From Catajapyx aquilonaris (lineage: Eukaryota): a stretch of 46,744 nucleotides of DNA. The stretch is from contig KZ538805.1 of the NCBI GenBank assembly GCA_000934665.2, forward strand, positions 1-46,744, given 5' to 3'. The position numbers and the translations under genes were made by a program. The notes under the pieces were generated by a model that saw nothing but the letters and a program-made list of their open reading frames with translations, made no database searches and was not told where the DNA came from. Numbering within the stretch: position 1 is the stretch's first letter; each line of letters begins with the position of its first letter. This document shows positions 13,511-26,260 of this stretch, piece by piece.

Positions 13511-14166
13511 AGGCCCATACACACAGGCCGTTGACGGTTTTGGTCTTTGGTCGCGTTGACACCGCTGACCAATCATGACTCATGTAAACAGAGCTGCCAA
13601 CCCTACCCCCAAAAAATGAGGAGGAGGGAATGACATAATGAGGAGGATTGGGCATCTGGGAGGGGGATTCTGTGTCCCATCGTTCGCTAAGACGCCATCT
13701 TGTTCAAGGTGCAACTCCTGTGGTAGGTAGCGGGTAGTCTGTCACGATTGGCTTGATCTTTCTTCCGCAGACTTACCACTTGAGTACACCTTGAAAAAGA
13801 TGGTGGATAGCGAACGATGAAGCGCGGCCAGTGCCAAATTCCCAGCCTGGTGGAGGCACAGAAATTAAACTACCGTATCCATACAACTAGGGGGGAAGTG
13901 ACATAGATGGTGCTGAGTGAGGCAGTACTAGTACTAAATATAATAATTTAACGATATAATCTCTACGGCGGGGAAATAACCCTGCGTGAGGGGGGCGCGG
14001 GAGAACACGTAAATGCGGGATTCCCCCACCCAATGCGGGAGGGTTGGCAGCTCTGTGTAAACAAACTGTAAACAATGTGTTGCGCTTATTTACATTAATC
14101 ATGATTGGTCTGCGGCGTCAACGGGACCAAAGACCAAAACCGTCGACGGCCTGTGTGTATGGGCCT
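13511..14166. mobile_element. PIF/Harbinger-type MITE carrying a nested insertion
   Basis: TTA|AGGCCCATACACACAGGCCG...CGGCCTGTGTGTATGGGCCT|TTA; TIRs of about 68 bp. Confidence 0.88.
13590..14054. mobile_element. Nested non-autonomous DNA element
   Basis: AGAGCTGCCAACCCT / AGGGTTGGCAGCTCT termini, flanked by atgtaaac and gtgtaaac (7/8 match); internal inverted repeat at 13678-13818. Confidence 0.75.
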
Positions 14167-14548
14167 TTACTCCTAACACTCTGAAATTGTCACATAAGTG
14201 TTTCTTCAAGTAAAACATGTAGATTTTCTGCATTCATTCGTAGTATTAGCCTTATTTTTATGCCAAAGGAATTCTGCGCTACTTCAATCGACACGCCAGA
14301 CCTCATCACTATTCACTAGTAACAAACAAAACATACAGTGGTCCCATACAGTACATTGGCAATAAACTGCAGCCATAACTGAAATCTTTCACATTCCCAC
14401 ATACCACAACAGATCAGCCACTACTGTTTCAACCCACGACCATTGTTTCAGATTGGCCAAACTTCACGCTAGTCAACCGCCACTGGTGCCAACAGTGGGC
14501 CTGATCAGCTGTGCCATGTGGGTTAACTCTATTCACGTGGAAACTTAC

Positions 14549-14606
14549 CACGAAGTGGATATCTCAAGGCATTGCTCGCCTTTCGCAGGCAACAGGAGGC
14601 CGCCAT
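14549..14606 (-). CDS. mRpL52: Mitochondrial ribosomal protein L52, exon 1 (presequence)
   Basis: aaatATGGCG start; MAASCCLRKASNALRYPLR is basic with no acidic residues; G|gtaagt phase-1 donor; joined exons give 141 aa. Confidence 0.85.
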
Positions 14607-14812
14607 ATTTGCCGCCATCATACGTCAGGCCCGTCAGGCTTGCTTATTTTCCGATGGCGCATGGCTGATTTCCCTCTTTGTAAGAGGTTAGATACCCACT
14701 GAATTGTTATGTATTATTAGGTAGAATTTTGTGCTCATACAATTCATAAACAATGACAAAATTTCTAGTTATGAGGTCTATGTGGGGGTCAGAAGTGCAG
14801 TCCTACAAACTC

Positions 14813-14885
14813 GTCCCTGTGGCGCAGTGGATAGCGCGTTGGACTTCTAATCCAAAGGCCCCGGGTTCGAATCCCGGCAGGGATG
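14813..14885 (+). tRNA. tRNA-Arg (anticodon TCT), intronless
   Basis: Full cloverleaf: GTCCCTG/CAGGGAT, GCGC/GCGC, TTGGA-CTTCTAA-TCCAA, CCGGG-TTCGAAT-CCCGG; 73 nt. Confidence 0.97.
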
Positions 14886-14891
14886 CGTCCA

Positions 14892-14898
14892 TTTTTTT
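14892..14898 (+). terminator. RNA polymerase III terminator (T7)
   Basis: TTTTTTT starting 7 nt after the tRNA 3' end. Confidence 0.85.
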
Positions 14899-14988
14899 AC
14901 TTCCAGAAACAAAATGGTCTTTCCCATATCCCATTAATTTACATTCTCGCAGCTACTGTGGAGCAAGCCACCCAACAGGATAGATGAT

Positions 14989-15115
14989 GCACCCTTTCTA
15001 TTATGATATATTCATCGGGCACCCTTTCTATTATGATATATTCATCGGGCACCCTTTCTATTATGATATATTCATCGGGCACCCTTTCTATTATGATATA
15101 TTCATCGGGCACCCT
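14989..15115. repeat. 30-bp minisatellite, about 4.2 perfect copies
   Basis: Unit GCACCCTTTCTATTATGATATATTCATCGG. Confidence 0.95.
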
Positions 15116-15651
15116 ATAGCACACGTCTGGAAGCTGTAAACAATATTAGGAAGGGAGATTTTATCTGCATGGGATTTTCCAATAAATTTATTGAGCTCAG
15201 ATTGCACAAGGCAGTAATAATATTATAGCCTCTTGATGGTTTCTTTATTCAATATACAGTGTGTTCCATTTGAAAATTTTTCAATCCCCCCTCCCCCTCA
15301 GCATAGACACTATATTGTCACCAGTTAATTGGTTCAAAATCACAGATCCTACTACAAAAGTGTTACAATTGTGACACCCCTCCCTCCATCCCATATAAGC
15401 CCTCTATAAGCACCATCGCTGCGCATCACGACATTTCCCTATAAGGGGTAGTTGGCGATGACGGGAGCCGCAAGCTAACCCAAAATATTAACTTTTTTTT
15501 TTAATTGTAAAAATAAACCTATAAACAACCCGTCCCGCCCCCACCCCTGCCCATCTCAGACGACAAACACTCAATATTAAATTTAAATATTACACTATGC
15601 AACGCAGGTACTTTGCAAAATCAAGCCCCCCCTCCCCCCCCCCCCCCCCCC

Positions 15652-15881
15652 NNNNNNNNNNNNNNNNNNNNNNNNNNNNNNNNNNNNNNNNNNNNNNNNN
15701 NNNNNNNNNNNNNNNNNNNNNNNNNNNNNNNNNNNNNNNNNNNNNNNNNNNNNNNNNNNNNNNNNNNNNNNNNNNNNNNNNNNNNNNNNNNNNNNNNNNN
15801 NNNNNNNNNNNNNNNNNNNNNNNNNNNNNNNNNNNNNNNNNNNNNNNNNNNNNNNNNNNNNNNNNNNNNNNNNNNNNNNNN
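15652..15881. other. Assembly gap (N) flanked by poly-C and poly-G
   Basis: Run of N in the sequence. Confidence 0.99.
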
Positions 15882-18373
15882 GGGGGGGGGGGGGGGGGGG
15901 GAATGGGAAACCCGAGGGGTAAACCTATCGGGGAAACCTATGAAAACCAAAATGAATCTAGTTAACCCATTAAACTTCTACATGAAAAAGTGTCCTACAT
16001 CCAATATGGGGATTAAACATAGGCCCTCAGATGAGGATGGCTGTGGCACTATAACCACTACACCACTGCGCATCAGCCCAGTCTGGACCATGAGTAGGTA
16101 CTGTATCCTTAGCATTATTTGCTTAGTCGCCAGCCTTTATCAAGGGGGGTAAAAAAAAAACTGTTTTGGCTTAAACTCTCTAAAACAAAGGCCCAGTTGG
16201 ATTAAAATTAATTAGGGAAAATATCCAATCATGCGTAGGTTTTCAGAATACATAATCAGCAATTTGCTTTTTAATGTGCATTGACTCATCCCACTCGCAA
16301 TGATGCTTACGGTACCAATCGCCTGACCTCCAAAGTGTGGCAGCTTTCATGGTGCAACCAATGCCAGACACAATATAATCATTCGTGACAGTTACATTGA
16401 TATGCCCAATTCATCTGACTCTTCATAGCTCTTCGTAGCATTGGCAAGGGGAAGGCATCTGTCCCCCCTATGTGACAAAAGCATTCCAGCACCATTGAAC
16501 TGATCCCAACGGGCTGTTATGATTGGCAGGCTGCATGGTTCTGAAAGAGTTAATGGGAGGGAGAAGGCAGTCATCTGCAATCTCTGACGTTGCTGGACAT
16601 GGCTTACATGGAAATTACACCATGTAATGAATGTATATGTGCACTACACATGCTTACATGCAAGTGACTGAGAACTAAGGAGTTAATTTTCCTTTACAAA
16701 ATAAATAGATCTAGTCACCACTCTTACCTTAATTCAAACCTAAACAGCAGTAGATGGGGTAACAAAATACTTATCATATTGTGAGAAGTTAACATCTAGC
16801 ATCCTGTCATCTATACGCATATGGACCCTGTGGGTGGTATGTATTATGAGGTCATTTGTGAATAAGATAACAGAAGATATCCTGCTGCAGCAGGTTTAAT
16901 TAGGAGGAAAGAACATGCCATAAAATATAAAGTAGTTTATTGGGTGGTAATGCCTGGACATCCCCATAACTTATGTACAGTAGTTACAAATTCTAATCCA
17001 TGCTCAGAGAGAACTACTTTGTGAAGCTAACTGAAGTAGACATTTCTATTCTTCCAATTGTCATGCTACATGATCATGATGAGACTCTTCCAACTCAAGG
17101 AAATATTTGTGGGATCACCAACTTCTCTGGAAGTCCTTCACTTACAAGCCATCCTGCTGCCCGACGAAAGATGATCTCTGCTCAGCAAAAGATGGCAGAT
17201 TCAATGGCTATTTTCGTGTCAGAAATCTATATGGATAACCCGGGAGTGACTGATAAACTCCCAAGTTCATTTCCAAGGGTATTCAGTGTGTCCTCCAGCC
17301 TACTTAACAGGCAACTTCTTATGCTGCCCCCATGCAATGCTTGACACAGGAAGTCATCATATGCATGGGCGCCTACACATATAGGATAACTAAAAAAGTC
17401 CAAAGTCATTGTAATATTTAGTAGGCTACTATAGGGACTAGGCCCGATGTTATAGGAGGATTCCACTGTACTCTGTCAGTTACATTCACCTAAGCTTGTG
17501 TGACCTTGAACCAAAACAAATTTCACCTGCTGAGAGCCTCTTTGCACTCTCCTCATTCCTGAGGGGGGGAAGGGTGCGTCTCTTCTCCGTCGCCCCGGGT
17601 ACCAAATCCTCTCGGTACTCCACAGCAAGCAGAAGCCAGAAAAGTGCAATGAAAGAAACGCTGACCGGTCTGCCGAAAGGCTTCCCCCCCCCCCCCCCCC
17701 GGGGGGNGGGGGGGCTGGCTTTGTTAAGGCTTTGTTAATAACTGGCTTTGTGCTGGGAGTGGGAGCTGAGAGGATTGGTTTATAGCCGATTCATTTCGGT
17801 TTGTTGTGGTCAAAGTGTCTGGTTGGGAAGACATGGACACAACTTTATGAGCAAGTGCAGACTTTCCATTGCACTTACACTGACAAAAGTGGCCTACACT
17901 GATAACTGAAATATTATGCTTGTGTGTTCAAAGTTCCTTGACCTTACATGACCTTTTATGAATTGCTAATTGCAAGAGCTGATTGCAAAAAAATTTATCT
18001 CCACTTTTAACACTTTTGAGATAAAATAATGAGAAAGCGTGCATGTAACTTGGGATTTGTAATACTTAGCTTTTTTATTATTATTTCTAACTTCAAACTT
18101 CATATGCTTTGCCTCCTTGCATTTAGAAACAATGGGAAAACTAGATGAAATAGGAAATCAACCAAAAAAATATGCACAGCCAAAAAATATATCAAATAAA
18201 TACTCCCCTCAAGAACAACGTTTCATGTAAAAAGCATAATTTCCAGGTAGATAATGTTTTTTGATGTGACAAAAAGGCATTAATTGCACACAAAATATTG
18301 ATCTCCACTTCTGACACTTTCGAGGTAGCAGTAATCAATAAAAATATGTAGCCACATGTCGCTCTGGAATATA

Positions 18374-18809
18374 CAGGGTGAAGGGAAACTCGCGCCCAAT
18401 CGCCAAGTAGACTGATAGTAGCCTACTCGCAAGCCTAATATAGGGATGTACAATTAGTTATGGGCGCCATTGCGTAGTTAATGGTTACGGCGCCTAAGTT
18501 CTGTGACATCACATCCGCTCCGCCTGTTTCAAAGAAGCAAAAGCCAGCTCGAGGGCCTCCGAATAATCCGGCCTTGGTCCCCTAACACATCGTCCACGTG
18601 CAATAGGCGATCGAATCCCGTCAGAGTAAGAATCTGGGTGCAACACCTGTGCACTTTGTAATTTTTACCTAATATTTTACATGGCCCTCTACACTTTAAA
18701 AATGCCGTACACATTAACTATGCACTGGTCCCCAAAACTAATTGCACATCCCTATATTAGTTTTGCGAGTACTATCACTCTACTTGGGCGAGAGTTTCCC
18801 TTCACCCTG
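18374..18809. mobile_element. Tc1/mariner-type MITE
   Basis: TA|CAGGGTGAAGGGAAACTC...GAGTTTCCCTTCACCCTG|TA; imperfect arms of about 110 bp. Confidence 0.88.
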
Positions 18810-19519
18810 TATAGTAATCCTTATATTTAAAAAAAAGTTATAACTCATTCTCCATGTTTACAACACTTTTGGACATGAAATGATGACTGGCAGAAAAAAT
18901 GAACTAGGCAAAACTGGGCGCACTCATTTAGATATTGCAATAACTAATAAGGTATCCTTTATTGCAACACCCTTTTATGAAAGGGAAATGCTGGATGAAC
19001 ATCATGCACATTCAGATGCTGCAGCAATTATCATGCATTTCTTCTCATCATTAATGTGGCACCTAACCTCTCCCACAGAATCAGGATACTTCTTCAGATG
19101 CACACCTTTTCAGAGCACAGTGGGGAATAAATATGTCGTATGATACTTCACGCCATGTTTGTTGATGAGTGGAACATGGCATTTGTTTTTTTGACAGATT
19201 CTGAAGGCGTCTGCACCTCTGGGGTCTGGGATCTCACACAGCATGGAGATAACATTTCTAGATATAAGTCAATCTCAATTTAACCCACTCAAAAAATATT
19301 TTATCCACCCCTTGTGTTCATGTCTTCAATAAGGTCTGGGGACGTAGGTCTGTGTTTCTACTGAAGCTGTGGGGACTAGTCCGCATTGTGGGGGCATTTC
19401 TCGGTCCCCACAGTGTGTGTGACACACTGTGTACTATTACAGTGGGGACATGTGTAAATTAGTGGGGACATGTCCCCACTATTTTCAGTTGTAGGGTTTC
19501 GCCTTAGTGAAGACAAGGC

Positions 19520-19541
19520 TGTGTGTGTGTGTGTGTGTGTG
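19520..19541. repeat. (TG)n microsatellite
   Basis: About 11 units. Confidence 0.9.
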
Positions 19542-20034
19542 GTGGGGGTTTCCATCAATCCAAGTGTGGGATCTAATCATGTCAATCACGATGCCGATAA
19601 ATGCTGTGATCATTGCCATAGTGCTTTTACTAATTCCAGAAACATCTGCTTGGCTACTGCAGCAGCTCCAAGTCACCAACCCCACTCCCTACGAGTGGGA
19701 AGAACGAAGCGCACAGGGGTTGCCAGAAGGCAAGGATAGAAGTGCCAGAGGGCTGATCACGGGGACTAGACAACTATCTTACTTGGGATGCACTTTCTGA
19801 CCACAAGCCCTCCCTGGCCACCAACTTGCTGATTTCACTATCGACTGCACACACTCAGAAATAACATTTGGAAGTCTGCAATATACATTTCACTACTCTG
19901 TGATGGATATGCTTCTAAAATCCTTCCATGCTGCTCAAATAGTATGAACAGTTATACGTAATGCAGTACACACAACTTACTGTGGTACTTTTGAAAAGTC
20001 ATAATAATAACTCTAAGAGACAAGTGCCACCTTA

Positions 20035-20352
20035 AGGCTATTTTCACATGAGGCCACCATGGACGCGCTGCCAAGGCGGCGGTGCCACAGCTTTGCATTG
20101 CTGCAAATGGAGCCTTTCACGTGCTTGGCACCGCTGCTAGAAATACTAGTGGCAGGCAGGGCGATTTTTGGCGCCGTCACATGTTTGCATTGAATCATAT
20201 GAATCCTTTCACACAAGATGCGTGACTTTTCGTGCCGTCAGATGTGCATTTTGAGAGTGCATCCGTGGTGGCGAAGAATCTGCACACGATGCCAGAGAAG
20301 CACTGCCTAATTTATGCGGTAGAGCTGCCATGGTGGCCTCGCGTGAAAATAG
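20035..20352. mobile_element. Harbinger-type MITE with a degenerate right end
   Basis: TTA|AGGCTATTTTCACATGAGGCCACCATGG versus CCATGGTGGCCTCGCGTGAAAATAG. Confidence 0.65.
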
Positions 20353-20961
20353 TAGTTGGTGGTACCACTACATAGGACATGATAGTTTTTCCCCACCTAG
20401 GCAAAATGAATAAATGAGAAATTGAAAAAATCAGGGTTGAACAATTTTTTTATATAACAAAATTCTTAGTAACTAAAATTAACTGTTCTGCATTTGTTAT
20501 GGAGCAAGTGCACTTATTATGTAATTAAAAAGTAAACATGCTTTACAACCATAACAACTAATTGTAAAATTTATTTGAAGACTGCCTGTGTAAGTATAGA
20601 AGTTACAAACAATGGGACAATTGGGACCGAGTAGTAAAGGTGAATGCGAACACTGTACAAATTAGGCATTCTCATGTGGTCATGACACATGTGTACACCA
20701 CCTGCATCCTCATATAAAAAGAGCATCCCAGACAGAGGCACCAACAAACACAATTTAAACAATCAAAAGCACTTTGAAGCCTAGATAATAACAAATTAAC
20801 CAAAAACATGGATTGATAGACTGTGAGGGAACGGATCCAGGAAGATCTGCAGCTGTGATGTTTTCTAGAAATATGTAGCTACATGGCAGGTACTCTCTTT
20901 TGGCAGTCACACCTCCCAAAAAAGGTGTCAAAAACCCTCCCCCATGCCATGTCAGCTCACG

Positions 20962-21003
20962 TCATGGGTAGTGCAGGCCTGAGAAGATTATGATCCATGT
21001 TAC
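20962..21003 (-). CDS. RAB5IF: RAB5IF/RCAF1/OPTI homologue, last exon
   Basis: tttcag|; VTWIIIFSGLHYP*. Confidence 0.9.
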   Translation of the reverse strand, partial: VTWIIIFSGLHYP

Positions 21004-21057
21004 CTGAAATTACAAGTGCTATAGTGCCAATAAGTAAGTACACAGCTCATCACTCAC

Positions 21058-21187
21058 CAGAAATCCTGCAAACGAGGTCATAAATCCTTCTTTCGTAAGC
21101 TCCCATGTGCCCCCATACTCCTCTTCATCAACACCTTGGAAGCTCGCAAAGTACAAATAGATGAGGCCAGCATTGACTATAACAAAT
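21058..21187 (-). CDS. RAB5IF: RAB5IF/RCAF1/OPTI homologue, exon 4
   Basis: FVIVNAGLIYLYFASFQGVDEEEYGGTWELTKEGFMTSFAGFL, the Rab5ip-family signature; canonical splice sites. Confidence 0.95.
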
Positions 21188-22156
21188 CTGAAAATTCAAG
21201 TTTGTGTCTTTAAAATAAACTGCTCCTTTTTGAAAATTACAACTCATTCAGAGAGCAAATAAACAGTCTACTGGTAAAAGGAACAGCTCTCTGCGAGTAA
21301 AAACACTGCATCCCACATAATGAGCCAGTGCCCGACTTACGTAAGTGTTCTGCAACATTACAAGTCAAATTTGATGTAACTCAGAATCTGGTTTTTTATT
21401 ATACAGTATACCGTACTGTTATCCATCAATACTGGAATCATTGTCATATTCAATTGAACCAGTTGCAAGTGGGAGGAATTCCCTGAGAGGCCCAGAAGTG
21501 GGATGCAAATGTCTGTCATGTGAAAACGGAGCAAGGGAAAGAGTCGAGGCTGTCAAGTTGCTACGCACCAAAATTAAATGCATTTTATCTCAATTGCTGG
21601 CATTCTAAGTTACCAGTTTCTTCCGCGGATTTTTGGAAATGTCAAAAAAATGCTCTCATGCTGGAAATTTTTTACCCAAGTCTGAATCGACGTCATACTA
21701 TAAGTAAGTTGGAGACTGCCTGTACTATCTTAACTCCCTGATCACAGGAGGGTTTCAGTCATTTTGGGAATGGTCAGCAAAAAAATAACCACCCATGAGT
21801 AATTTTCTAAGTCTCCACACCATGCAAGAGGATTGAAAATGTTTGGGAGGTCAATGACCTGTCAATGATCACATCAGGTAAATCACATGCGCAGAATTCA
21901 ATGGTGAGCGTAAAAACACTCACTTTTCAGCCATATTCGAGATATGAGTGACGACAGATCCTGTGCACTCAATAGCACATCCGCACAATTGCACAAACCG
22001 CATGAGATAGAGGCAAACAGGTTTCGGACTCGGATTCAGGATGGCCAAAATAGGCCTCATTATCAACTTCTGGTGACCGGCCACTTCTGGTTTTTCCGTT
22101 TCACTCTATCTGTATCAGTCTACTTTACAGGTGGGTTTCTGTATGATTTAGAATTA

Positions 22157-22737
22157 CAGTAAAACTTCTATAAGTCAAACTTCCCCAAGTCGAAGTTCTC
22201 TATAAGTCAAAGAAACTGATGAGCTTGTTGGTCACAATGTAAAATAATAGGAAATAAACTTCCCTAACTCGAATTTCTGTAACTCGAAGTTCTCCATAAC
22301 TCAAAGTGCAGGCAGGGCCTTACAATGGGATATCAATGCATTTCCAGTCTCCCTAAGTCGAAGTTCATGTTGGCGAGTACGGAAAATTTTCTCATTTCCC
22401 AGCCGAAGGGTCAAGAGTAGGCCACATGTACAGAAAGGCTCGGTTTCCTGATCTTCGTCTACCAGACGAAAGAAGTGTTGACTCGATTGTGACAATTGAA
22501 TCCATGAATCTAAGAGTATAGGCAAGTGTCCATAACAGAGTTTATTTTTTTACACCAAAACAATGAGGAACATTATACACGTGATCTAGTGAGTTATTTT
22601 TAAGTTTTGAACACCTTTCGTTGCTGGATATGAAGGTAGGCTTCCTTATAGAGTTATGTGCTTAAAAAATTGCAAACTTCTCTAACTCGGAGTTTTTTTC
22701 CGGTCCCATGGATATTCGACTTATAGAAGTTTTACTG
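22157..22737. mobile_element. pogo/Tigger-type MITE
   Basis: TA|CAGTAAAACTTCTATAAGTC...GACTTATAGAAGTTTTACTG|TA with repeated TAA(G/C)TCGAA subterminal motifs. Confidence 0.88.
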
Positions 22738-23027
22738 TAGTTTCCATGAGTTCCTAACCAAATGTATCAGGATTTGGCCCAGGTTTTACCTGGCACTCTG
22801 GCACAGGGGCTGTGGAATTAATTCTTGAAGTTGCAGCAGATTGCGATGCGCGACCTCAGCCACCATGATGTTATCGCCCAGGCCAATACTGGAATCGATA
22901 CGCTGCCTACGCTATGATATCCACTGCACAGCTTGGCCTCACATGATATATCGATTCACACCTGTGACTGATACAATACCATGTGATTCAAATCCAACCG
23001 TTGGATTACGAGGCAGATGCTCTAAAG

Positions 23028-23319
23028 CAGAGGTTCCCAAACTGTGCTCCGCAAAGAGGTTGGGAAAAAAAGGAACTCTTCAATAAGCTATACCCATTCA
23101 AATCTCTCAGTAGCTTGTGTGACCTTCAACCCAAAAAAATTTCACCAGCGGCGCCCTTTCGCCCCTCACCTTCCCATTTACTAATTTGGCACTGCCCCCC
23201 CCCCCTCCCCCCTCGCCCCAGAATTTTTTTCTGCTTGGGCGGCTCGATGATGTTAGTGCTCTGTCACAAATATCTCTCCTGAAAAGTGCTCCGCTACTCA
23301 AAAAGTTCGGGAACCTCTG
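23028..23319. mobile_element. hAT (Charlie/Buster-type) MITE
   Basis: CAGAGGTTCCC...GGGAACCTCTG with a perfect 8-bp TSD CTCTAAAG. Confidence 0.92.
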
Positions 23320-24869
23320 CTCTAAAGGTAGTGAGCATGCTGGATCTGTCATCAGATGGACAGCATTGCCACATCTTGCCACTGTGCAGCAGTGGGGTGG
23401 GAGGTACTGGGCTTTACTCGGTAATCATCCTGCAACAGCCTTCATTCAAAGTGGAGGCCGAAAACTGGCATCCCTCTCACCTCCCAACCAACTGGAAGCA
23501 GGATTTGCGTCATGCAGCAATAATTCCACCAATATTGACAATAAGTATAACTGGAGATATAATTATTTTGGTTTGTGCTTTTCACTATCTCCTGCATGTG
23601 GCAGGAGTGCCAACAACGTCATGTAATAGTGACAGTTAGGCAGGGGAAAGCTGACTGATCTGGTGAAGACTTGTAGAATGAATGGCTACCCTACCAGTAA
23701 GCTTCAATATTAGCTCGGTAATACCATTTCATTATTAAATGTCCTTGGCACTCTACACTCAACAGCGCCTCTTGTATTTACTGTAATTCCTTGAGATCAG
23801 ACCTTAACACTGCAAAAAGCTCTGGTCACCTGACTACCAATGAGTTGGCAGCACATGTTTACTATTATGCAGATCATTTTTCAACCCAAGGTCAAGAATA
23901 AATCGACAATAGCATTCAGCTCTGGACACAGCCATTTCCAGCAAAGACCTTGGTCAATGGTACCTATGACTAGGGCTCCTCTTTTGCAATGAACTCATAT
24001 GGTTGGAAAACTCATTTGAAATATTGTGGGTATACAATAGAAATCTACTGTTAAATTTTGGCAGTTTTGAGTTAATTCCACCACCAAGTAGCATATATTT
24101 GTCTGCTCTATTGTCTGGTGAAGTAAATTTTGTCCTAAAGATTAGTCAGCAAGCCAGGAATTTCCTTCTTCAACAGCATGCGTGCATAGGCAAAAGTTTT
24201 TTTTTCCATTTCTTTTAATACTTCAAAACTGGTCTTTTGGACTCAGTGGATGTCTCCAGTGTGCCCATGTTATGTAATTAGCATAACTTTGTGAAACCCC
24301 ACAATCCTCAATTGAAGCCCAACATGAGAGATTCACCATATTAAGTTGCTTAACTACTGTACTGTATTTTCCCAATCACAAGGTTTGGCCTGCTAGCCCA
24401 TATATTTACTATTGGTTATACAGTAGGCTATTTCCAATTGAGTTGACTGCTCTACAAAAAAAAGAAGTGGCACAAAATACCTTCCACAAATCCCTGGGTT
24501 TACGCGCACCTCATGTGAAATGTATGGGTCAGTGATAACCTCCACATGTGCATTAACGTAAGAAAGGAAAGGCATGTGCCAATGGTTTTATTGGGTCCAT
24601 ACACAAAGGTCATGATGGATGTCTATGATGGGCCACACAATACACTGGGGAAGGGGTATTAAGTGCATCCTATATATGGGCGCAAATACACAATTTGGTC
24701 GGCTCTCCTTGAGCAGCATACACGTCATGACGCACAGGGGCATGGTTTCCACCAGTACTCTGCACTTCTTGGCAGGAATTCAGCGCATGAGTTACACAGC
24801 AATGGCCCGCAAACTGGAGGATGCACGTAAACCCAAGGATTTGGGGAAGGTATATTGCCTTCCACCATA

Positions 24870-25175
24870 CTTGAACCCAGCCACCTGCAACTCCAACCCT
24901 AGCCTTATGGTGATGGTAGCATACTTACCGAGTCTCCTCCAACCAGGATTTGGCATTGCCAGCGCTCCATGGTCATCTTACATTTCGGATGGACACCTTC
25001 TGATCCAACCCAAACTGTCATTTCCCCAGCGGCTGGGTCCGGAGCAATTCGCAGACTCACCCACCAGCCACCCAAATCGTAAGATGACCATGGAGCGCCG
25101 CCAGTGCCAAATCAGGGGTGGTGGAGACGCTGTAACTGCACTACCATATGAGTTGCGGGGGACTGCATGAACTTA
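24870..25175. mobile_element. Diverged foldback element in RAB5IF intron 3
   Basis: GATTTGGCATTGCCAGCGCTCCATGGTCATCTTAC pairs with GTAAGATGACCATGGAGCGCCGCCAGTGCCAAATC; weaker pairing continues outward. Confidence 0.6.
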
Positions 25176-25584
25176 ATCATACAGTGATCATTGTCTATTG
25201 AAATGATTACCACATCATTCTTTTCTAAGTATGCATATCAAGTACCTCTAGTTCAAGTAATTGCAGATAAAACTTATTTTAAATTTCAAAACACCTTCAA
25301 GTGATTTGCAACACGTACTCCAATGCCATCAGGATAAGACACAAAACATTAACTGAAATACTAACCAACCTGTGCTTGTTACAAATTTTTAAAATAGGAA
25401 ACATAAACACCACTGTTCATACCAAGATTTATAAATGAATGTCAGAAGTTGTAACAGGTCTGATTTGCTTTAGTGCTTTGTGAGCATTGAAAATGAAATG
25501 AAAGGCCGATTCATGATAATAGTGCAAGGACTTCAACTAGGAACACTCGGATATACATATCAAGTCAGCGTCGCATAAACTTAC

Positions 25585-25688
25585 AATAGCAATCCAATGA
25601 AGCCTCGAAACGGTACAACACCCCAGACAACGCCGAGCAAGATTCCTAGTACCTGACGAAACCAATAGATAACATCCAAGAACTCCTC
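25585..25688 (-). CDS. RAB5IF: RAB5IF/RCAF1/OPTI homologue, exon 3
   Basis: EEFLDVIYWFRQVLGILLGVVWGVVPFRGFIGLL; ttgcag| acceptor and |gtaagt donor; this frame is absent from the ORF track. Confidence 0.95.
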
Positions 25689-25741
25689 CTGCAAAAAGAA
25701 CCAAATAAATTGCGGAAATAATATAAAACAGCAAATCACAC

Positions 25742-25860
25742 CTTGTCAGGCCACTGGGAATGCGACTGAAATGCCCTGACCCACGGTGGTAGCAGCTGGC
25801 TTTGACTCACACCATTTCTATCTCCACCTCTCTTTTTTTGTGTTACCCGCACTTGTTCAG
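25742..25860 (-). CDS. RAB5IF: RAB5IF/RCAF1/OPTI homologue, exon 2
   Basis: EQVRVTQKKRGG...PWVRAFQSHSQWPDK, including the conserved WxDK; 53-nt downstream intron. Confidence 0.85.
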
Positions 25861-26116
25861 CTGTAATACACATCAAAATAATTACCAGGTCAGTGCCCAA
25901 CATCACCCTTACCTAACAAATCATGCCAACACCACAATTATACCACACTCACGTTGTCTCATAGCTGATGCCGTCCTGGGAGCTTGAAGGCCACGTTTAG
26001 GGAAGAGGAGGTAGCTGTAGCCGGCATATGAGGGGACAGGAAATAGCATTGGAGTGTGGGGGGGAAAGGGGGGGAAATGTGGCAATGTGGAGTGGGGCCT
26101 GGTGGGCGGGGGGAAT

Positions 26117-26260
26117 CAATGACACAGAGAAAATAGACCGCTTAGCCGGCGGCCATCTTGAATTGAATTGAAAATCCGGCTGGTCTGGCAGCCCCATTTC
26201 CGCTCTGGCGGCACCCGTGGGAGGCACTGTGTTAAGCGGTCTATTTTCTCAATGTCATTG
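26117..26260. mobile_element. 144-bp MITE with CA..TG ends and a 7-bp TSD (P-superfamily-like)
   Basis: GGGGAAT|CAATGACA..GAGAAAATAGACCGCTTA...TAAGCGGTCTATTTTCTC..TGTCATTG|GGGGAAT. Confidence 0.75.

Noticed and set aside
14989..15115. 30-bp direct repeats as a CRISPR array, and the ORF with ERVPDEYIII repeats
   Set aside because: The units are contiguous with no spacers, there are no cas genes, and the context is eukaryotic; the ORF is a by-product of the repeat.
15597..16152. Poly-Pro and poly-Gly ORFs
   Set aside because: They read through an N gap and homopolymer runs.
17000..17466. 114-aa and 79-aa ORFs
   Set aside because: No recognisable domain or consistent exon structure.
24619..25170. 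183-aa ORF
   Set aside because: It is antisense within a RAB5IF intron, overlaps a decayed foldback, and has no protein-like features.
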